Source: an uncultured Eubacteriales bacterium (GTDB lineage Bacteria > Bacillota > Clostridia > Oscillospirales > CAG-272). Taken from it: a stretch of DNA of 64,000 nt. The notes under the pieces were generated by a model. It did no database searches. It was not told where the DNA came from and saw only the letters and a list, made by a program, of their open reading frames with translations. The DNA lies in the NCBI GenBank assembly GCA_934432725.1, contig CAKRZE010000001.1, forward strand, positions 9,945-73,944, written 5' to 3'. Position 1 is the stretch's first letter. Each line of letters begins with the position of its first letter. The position numbers and the translations under genes were made by a program. This document shows, piece after piece, positions 58,472-64,000 of this stretch.

Positions 58472-59773
58472 TTAAAAGCTTCCTCTGTAGCTCATGACAG
58501 CGCACAGAATCTGCGCAGTCTGCCCGCGGTTCAAAACGGAATTCGGAGAAACGGAGCCGTCCCCGGTTCCTTTGAATACGCCGATTCCGCTCAGCGCATA
58601 GAATGCATCGGTCGCCCATGCAGGGATGTCGTTCTGGTCGCGGAACTCCGTTTTTACCACCGGAACCGTGATATTCAGCATCCGGTTCAGAAAGACGGCT
58701 GCTTCTGCACGGGTAATCTCCCTGTTCGGGAAAAAGCACAGTCCGGTCTCGGTTTCGGTGCCCTTCGCAAAGCTCAGCTGCACGGCGGCGTTGACATAGC
58801 CCTTATATGCCGAGGGAATGTCGGCGTCATCGGCAAAATCCGTGGCGGCTGCCGTTGTGGAAATGCGATAGCCGGTCGCCTTCATTGCCATGACCAGAAA
58901 TTCCAGCCGCGTTACAGGAGTATCCGGTTGGAACAGCAGCTTTCCGCCGTCATTTGTGCCGGTCATGATCTGATGCTCGGTCATCATGATCGCGGGGTAA
59001 TGCGCCCAATGACCGATCAGGTCCTTGTATACGATATCGCTCCCTTTTCCGACCGTGATCTCAACGGTAACAGGATCCGAGGTGTTGCCGTATTTGTCGA
59101 TGGCAACATAGGTAAAGCGATCCTTTCCGGTAAAATCCGTGACCGGCGTGTAATAATAGCTCCCGTAATGCCGGTCTGTGACGGTCAGGATTCCCTTTTC
59201 GGGATAGTCGGTCACTTCATACGTAAGAGTATCGTTTTCCGGGTCTACTGCGCTCATGTTTCCGTAGCAGGCAATGTTGGAGACTGTTTTAATATGCAGC
59301 GCCGTGTTTTTCACCGGCTCTACGCTCGGAGCATAATTGATCTCCTTCAGAAGGTACAGATTGCAGGTGACGTCATAAACCGCCGTTTTTCCGGCACGGA
59401 ATATAAAGCTGCAATCGGTTGCCTCTGTGCTGTTTTCGGGAACAAAGCGAAGTGCGCTGATTTTGCTTCGGCTGATGGTCTGGTTTTTTGTGACCGGCAT
59501 TGTGCCCAGCATCAGTCTGCCCTCCGTGACCAGAGGAAGCGTCAAAACCGTAACGCTGCTGATGCGGGATACGCCGAGCGCTTTATCAAAATCCTCCGCA
59601 CGGAAGGATATTTCACGCCCGACAAGCCCTGATTTTGTCATGGTGAGCTCGCCGGAAATGATATGCATGGCAGGCGTCAACAGTCCGCTTTCCGCAAAGA
59701 CGGCGGAAATCAGACCGAGCAGCAGGGTTGCCGTCAATAGCAGCGTCAGGGTGAGCTTTTTTTTCTGATTCAT
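58472..59773 (-). CDS. S-layer-homology (SLH) domain cell-wall protein with an Ig/cadherin-like domain
   Basis: From ORF 58472..59872, start moved to ATG 59771-59773 after GGGAGG. There is a signal peptide and an Ig-like segment with VDPENDTLTYEV. Three C-terminal SLH-type repeats follow (YKDLIGHWA..., FADDADIPSAYKGYV..., FRDQNDIPAWATDAF...). Confidence 0.75.
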   Translation of the reverse strand: MNQKKKLTLTLLLTATLLLGLISAVFAESGLLTPAMHIISGELTMTKSGLVGREISFRAEDFDKALGVSRISSVTVLTLPLVTEGRLMLGTMPVTKNQTISRSKISALRFVPENSTEATDCSFIFRAGKTAVYDVTCNLYLLKEINYAPSVEPVKNTALHIKTVSNIACYGNMSAVDPENDTLTYEVTDYPEKGILTVTDRHYGSYYYTPVTDFTGKDRFTYVAIDKYGNTSDPVTVEITVGKGSDIVYKDLIGHWAHYPAIMMTEHQIMTGTNDGGKLLFQPDTPVTRLEFLVMAMKATGYRISTTAAATDFADDADIPSAYKGYVNAAVQLSFAKGTETETGLCFFPNREITRAEAAVFLNRMLNITVPVVKTEFRDQNDIPAWATDAFYALSGIGVFKGTGDGSVSPNSVLNRGQTAQILCAVMSYRGSF

Positions 59774-59837
59774 CGTAGATGACCTCCCGTAATTATGAAT
59801 AATATGAAACTTTATCGGTGTGTTCGCCGGAAAACGA

Positions 59838-59866
59838 TTGCATTTTACGGCACAAAGGGTTATAAT
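59838..59866 (+). promoter_or_regulatory. near-consensus sigma-A promoter ~620 nt upstream of the pseudouridine synthase gene
   Basis: TTGCAT (59838-59843), 17 nt spacer, TATAAT (59861-59866). Confidence 0.5.
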
Positions 59867-60491
59867 ACGCACAGGAGTCGGTCCTTTGGTGTTTGACTCC
59901 GCCGGTTTCGGGCGGATTTATGGGACTGCTCAGGCTTTTTTCAAAATACCTTTGCGGATAGGGCATTTTCCTTTTCACGGATCCATGCATCCGGCTGACT
60001 GTCCTTGAAATCTTCCGGATATTTTCAGAGCAGCCGTACTCCCGGGGAGCGGAGTTCTGTTTTCCGATCGTTTGTGTGCGGAAAGGCGGGAATCGAGGTG
60101 TGCCCTGAGCGCTGTGCGAGACATTTCTTTTCCGGCTGGTTGCTGCGAGGCATCGCTTCAAAAAGGATCGGTGCCGCAAAGCGGCTTTCCTATGAGAACA
60201 GCTCCGGAACAGGAAGAGAAGCATATTGGTAAGATGCACGGTCGTGTTATTTTGAAATAGAACCATTTTATGATTGATTGCCCTTTGAGAGCGGGATGCG
60301 GTCCGTTTTTCTTCTTCCGGCAGGACATGCCGGAGTGAGGGGGCGTCATGTCCTGCCTCGGCATTGGTTTCTTTTGGATTGGTGCTTTTGGGGAAATGGC
60401 TGCTTTTTACGGAAGGCTTATTTTCTTCGGATTTGGAAAGGAATATCATTACGGATTGTTTTGCCTCCATGGCTGTAAAACGGAGATCGAC

Positions 60492-61409
60492 ATGGATTTT
60501 TATATCGGACCGGAGCAGGAAAATAAAGTGCTTCTGACGTATCTTCGTCAGAATCTGTCCCTTTCACGCGCCTGCATCACTGCACTGAAGAAAGCGGAGG
60601 ACGGGATTTTACTCAACGGCAGACATGTGACCGTGCGCGCGGTTCTGGCGGAGGGGGATGTACTCTCCCTGAAGCTGGAGGACAGCGCAGAGCAGGAAGA
60701 GTCCGGAATTGTTCCGCGACACCTTCCGTTTGAGGTGCTCTATGAGGATCAGGATGTGCTTGCCGCGAATAAACCCGCCAATATGCCCACGCATCCTTCG
60801 CACGGACATTATGAGGACACGCTTGCGAATGCTGCTGCGTGGTATTTTCGGGAAAAGCACCAGCCCTTTGTATTCCGTGCGGTTAACCGCCTTGACCGCG
60901 ATACCAGCGGCATTGTGCTGCTTGCGAAAAACCGAAGAGCCGCAGCGCTTCTTGCGCAGGGGATGCAGGAGCATCTGTTTCAAAAGCAGTATACGGCAGT
61001 TTTGTTCGGCAGACTGCCGCAGGACAGCGGGCAGATCCGCCTGCCGATCCGCAGAAAGCTTCCAAGCATCATAGAACGGGAGGTTTGCGCCCCGGGAGAA
61101 GGTGCCGATGCCTTCACACAGTATGAGGTGCTGCAAAGAGTCGGAAGGCTGACACTGGCTGCGGCATTCCCGAAAACAGGAAGAACGCATCAGCTTCGTG
61201 TCCACTTTTCCGCCATTGGTTTTCCGATTGCCGGCGATACACTGTACGGAACACCCCAAAGCGCTGCCTGTGCACCCCGCCAGGCGCTTCATTGCAGCGT
61301 TCTTTCTTTTCCGCATCCCGCCGGAGGCACTGTTTCGGTAACGGCGCCTTTGCCCGAGGATATCCGCCGTTTGCTTTCCGCAGAAGAGGAGTTGTGCCAG
61401 CATGCATAA
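60492..61409 (+). CDS. RluA family pseudouridine synthase (S4-like N-terminal domain)
   Basis: From ORF 60348..61409, start moved to ATG 60492. VLYEDQDVLAANKPANMPTHPS, catalytic NRLDRDTSGIVLLAK and TGRTHQLRVH are present. Confidence 0.88.
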   Translation: MDFYIGPEQENKVLLTYLRQNLSLSRACITALKKAEDGILLNGRHVTVRAVLAEGDVLSLKLEDSAEQEESGIVPRHLPFEVLYEDQDVLAANKPANMPTHPSHGHYEDTLANAAAWYFREKHQPFVFRAVNRLDRDTSGIVLLAKNRRAAALLAQGMQEHLFQKQYTAVLFGRLPQDSGQIRLPIRRKLPSIIEREVCAPGEGADAFTQYEVLQRVGRLTLAAAFPKTGRTHQLRVHFSAIGFPIAGDTLYGTPQSAACAPRQALHCSVLSFPHPAGGTVSVTAPLPEDIRRLLSAEEELCQHA

Positions 61410-62514
61410 AGTTTATACCGTTATAAGGAAAAATTGTCCGCTCCCGGCGCTTTGCCTGATTCTTGCGGCAGTCGCAGCCGGAATCGTTCACCTCGGGTGC
61501 GTCCTGAGCGTTTCCTTCGCCGATTTCATGAATGTACACGTCAGCTGGATCGTGCGTGCCGTGCTTGCAAAGGGGACGAATCTGTTTCCGTTTTCCGTCG
61601 CGGAAATACTCCTGATTCTTCTTCCTGTCATTTTGGTGATTCTGATTGTTCTGACCGTAAAAAAGGGGCGTTCGGAGGATGAGACCGTGCTGCGCCGGTA
61701 TACCTGTTCGCTGCTCGGCGTCTGCTCTCTTCTGTACTCTATATTTGTATTCGGCTTTGCCTCCGGTTATTACGCTTCCGGACTGGACAGAAAGCTGGAT
61801 CTCAGGGAACGCGCCGTCTCGGCGGAGGAGCTGTACCGCACGGCGGAGGTGCTTCGTGCGCAGTGTGAAGAAGAGGCGCAAACTATTTCATTCCGATATG
61901 GTTCCTTTTCCGTTATGCCGTATTCTTTGGACGAAATGAATACAAAGCTGAACGATGCCTATGAAAAGGCGGCGGACAAGTATTCCTTCCTGCGGTCATT
62001 CCGCTCCAATCTGAAATATGTCCTGCTCAGCGAGCCGATGTCCTATACGCATATTACAGGTGTTTATACCTATTTTACCGGAGAAGCAAATATCAACGTC
62101 AATTTCCCTGACTATACGATTCCGTATACAGCTGCACATGAGCTTTCGCATCAGCGCGGAATCGCAAGAGAAGAGGAAGCCAATTTCATGGCTTATCTGG
62201 TCTGCATGGAAAGCGATGACTCCTATATCCGCTACAGCGCCGCTTTCAACCTGTTGGAATATGTCATGAACGCGCTGTACTCCGCCGACCGGACGCTGTA
62301 CGGGAAAATGTGGAGCTCTCTTGACAGCAGGTTTCAGTATGAAATGATCGCGTATAATGAGTTTTTTGAAAAATACCGTGAAAATAAGGTGGCAGATGTC
62401 AGCGAAAAGGTCAACGATACCTATCTGAAATCGCAGGGACAAACACAGGGAAGCCGCAGCTATGGCTGTGTGGTGGACCTTGCCGTGCTGTATTTATGCG
62501 GAAGCGGGGAATAG
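61402..62514 (+). CDS. DUF3810 domain membrane protein (HExxH zinc-peptidase-like motif)
   Basis: Several N-terminal TM segments. The HExxH motif is AAHELSHQRG, followed by EEEANFMAY. It overlaps the preceding gene by 8 nt. Confidence 0.6.
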   Translation: MHKVYTVIRKNCPLPALCLILAAVAAGIVHLGCVLSVSFADFMNVHVSWIVRAVLAKGTNLFPFSVAEILLILLPVILVILIVLTVKKGRSEDETVLRRYTCSLLGVCSLLYSIFVFGFASGYYASGLDRKLDLRERAVSAEELYRTAEVLRAQCEEEAQTISFRYGSFSVMPYSLDEMNTKLNDAYEKAADKYSFLRSFRSNLKYVLLSEPMSYTHITGVYTYFTGEANINVNFPDYTIPYTAAHELSHQRGIAREEEANFMAYLVCMESDDSYIRYSAAFNLLEYVMNALYSADRTLYGKMWSSLDSRFQYEMIAYNEFFEKYRENKVADVSEKVNDTYLKSQGQTQGSRSYGCVVDLAVLYLCGSGE

Positions 62515-62875
62515 GCTCCGGTTTTTCCCGGTAGCAATTCAATTTATGCCGCATATCATAGGAATATGAGCAGTTACGGTTCGGATTTTGTAAAACCACG
62601 GTTTGAAAACCGGTTGGCTGCCAAAAAACACTGTACAATTTCTACAAAAATCCGATAAAATAATAAAATCTCTTTTCAAATCAATAAAAATGTGCTATAC
62701 TAAGCTGTAACTGTGCAAAAATGATACGGTGTGGATTTCCGCATGCCCCGCTTGAAGCGTAAGCCGGCGGAAAAACAGCTTTTTTACATACCGGAGAATC
62801 CGGCAAGGGTCTCCGGAATATCCTGAAGGGAAGGCAAACATGCCCGCCTGCGGCTTGTTGTGCGTATATACGATC

Positions 62876-64000
62876 ATGGAGAAAATCATTGTTTCCGGAG
62901 GGCGGCCGCTGCACGGAACGATCGAAATCGGCGGAATGAAGAACGCGGCGCTCGGAATTATTATGGGAACACTGCTGACGGAGGATAAATGTGTCATTGA
63001 AAATCTTCCGGCAGTCAATGACGTTGAAATCTCATTTCAGATTCTTCGCAACATGGGTGTAACCGTCACCCCGCTCGGCAAAAACACGGTGGAAATTGAT
63101 ACAACCTATGCTGAGATCGATACGAAATCTCCATCCGATCTGTACAGAAGAATGCGCGCCTCTTATTATCTGCTCGGTGCGGAGCTCGGCAGATTCGGGC
63201 GTGCAAGGGTCGGCTGTCCCGGCGGCTGCGATTTCGGCTCCCGTCCGATCGATCAGCATATCAAGGGCTTTGAGGCGCTCGGCGCCGCAATCACGATCGA
63301 TGATTCCTATATTCATGCGGATGCAGGTATCGGTCTGAGGGGAAACAGCATATTCTTTGACGTGATTACGGTCGGGGGCACCATGAATGTGATGCTTGCC
63401 GCTGTCAAGGCAAAGGGAACCACAGTCATTGAAAATGCCGCGCGCGAGCCGCATATTGTGGATCTTGCGAACTTTCTGAACACCTGCGGCGCCAAGATTA
63501 CAGGTGCCGGCACCGATACCATTAAAATCAAGGGTGTTGACAGGCTTCACGGATGTACGTATGCCATCATTCCGGATATGATCGAAGCCGGAACCTATAT
63601 GATCGCTGCGGCTGCGACCGGAGGAAATGTCAAGATCTCCAACGTGATTCCCAAGCACCTTGACTCCATTTCAGCCAAGCTTGTGGAAATGGGCGTTGAG
63701 GTGGATGAGCACGATGAATATATCATTGTATCCGGTTCAAACCGCCGTCTGACGCATATCAATCTGAAAACAATGCCGTATCCCGGCTATCCGACCGATA
63801 TGCAGCCGCAGATTTGTGTGCTTTTGTGTATGGCAGACGGAGTGAGCCGGCTGAGCGAGGATATTTACGACAGCCGCTTCCGGTATGTGGAGGAGCTGCG
63901 CCGGATGGGCGCCGAAATACGGATTGCCGGCAAAACCGCCACGATCACAGGCGGAAAAAGGCTGCACGCTGCGCGGGTCCGCGCCGTTGATCTGCGCGCG
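62876..64000 (+). CDS. murA: UDP-N-acetylglucosamine 1-carboxyvinyltransferase (3'-truncated by the window edge)
   Basis: It is absent from the ORF track because no stop occurs before the window end. My hand translation from ATG 62876 gives MEKIIVSGGRPLHGTIEIGGMKNAALGIIMGTLLTEDKCVIENLPAVNDVE..., and later ...GCDFGSRPIDQHIKGF..., which are MurA signatures including the active-site Cys loop. The frame stays open for 375 codons to 64000. An in-frame ATG at 62840 with GAAGGGAAGG upstream is an alternative start. Confidence 0.85.
   Translation, partial: MEKIIVSGGRPLHGTIEIGGMKNAALGIIMGTLLTEDKCVIENLPAVNDVEISFQILRNMGVTVTPLGKNTVEIDTTYAEIDTKSPSDLYRRMRASYYLLGAELGRFGRARVGCPGGCDFGSRPIDQHIKGFEALGAAITIDDSYIHADAGIGLRGNSIFFDVITVGGTMNVMLAAVKAKGTTVIENAAREPHIVDLANFLNTCGAKITGAGTDTIKIKGVDRLHGCTYAIIPDMIEAGTYMIAAAATGGNVKISNVIPKHLDSISAKLVEMGVEVDEHDEYIIVSGSNRRLTHINLKTMPYPGYPTDMQPQICVLLCMADGVSRLSEDIYDSRFRYVEELRRMGAEIRIAGKTATITGGKRLHAARVRAVDLRA

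Overview
This window looks like an ordinary chromosomal stretch from a spore-forming, relatively GC-rich Clostridia-type Firmicute. Supporting genes are an alpha/beta SASP, pro-sigma-K, pdaA, a tyrS T-box, an ECF transporter module, an SLH wall protein and YfhO. I support about 47 protein genes, one tRNA-Gln(UUG), one T-box leader, and several near-consensus sigma-A promoters and intrinsic terminators. I found no rRNA, no CRISPR array, and no transposase, integrase or phage genes.

The main functional blocks are:
- 1.9-9.4 kb: a redox/H2-sensing hydrogenase locus (rex, lysR-type regulator, APH-fold kinase-like gene, small [2Fe-2S] protein, PAS-containing sensory-type [FeFe] hydrogenase, PP2C phosphatase, second [FeFe] hydrogenase).
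- Scattered cell-wall and sporulation genes: M15 peptidase, Cys-repeat amidase, pdaA, a second deacetylase, an S11 carboxypeptidase, sigK, a DUF3794-LysM protein and a SASP.
- Glycoside utilisation genes: araC-type regulator, melA and lacZ, with a His15-less HPr-like gene between them.
- Housekeeping genes: ruvCAB, glmM, ecfA1A2T-truA, cvpA, a Clp-type AAA+ protein, a pseudouridine synthase and murA (runs off the 3' end).

The observations I rank highest for follow-up:
- A P-type ATPase homologue in which every catalytic motif I checked is degenerate.
- A ~1 kb ORF-free, GC-rich region with a near-consensus promoter and a ~520 nt untranslated transcript. It is one of several long promoter-plus-leader regions with no recognisable RNA family.
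- A ~1.1 kb low-GC islet next to tRNA-Gln carrying one orphan gene.
- The kinase-like/PP2C pairing around the sensory hydrogenase, with no visible substrate.

All calls come from reading the ORF translations and the DNA by eye. No database search was run, so family names are from memory of motifs. ORF-track coordinates include the stop codon. Many starts were moved to an internal ATG/GTG/TTG that has a Shine-Dalgarno sequence.
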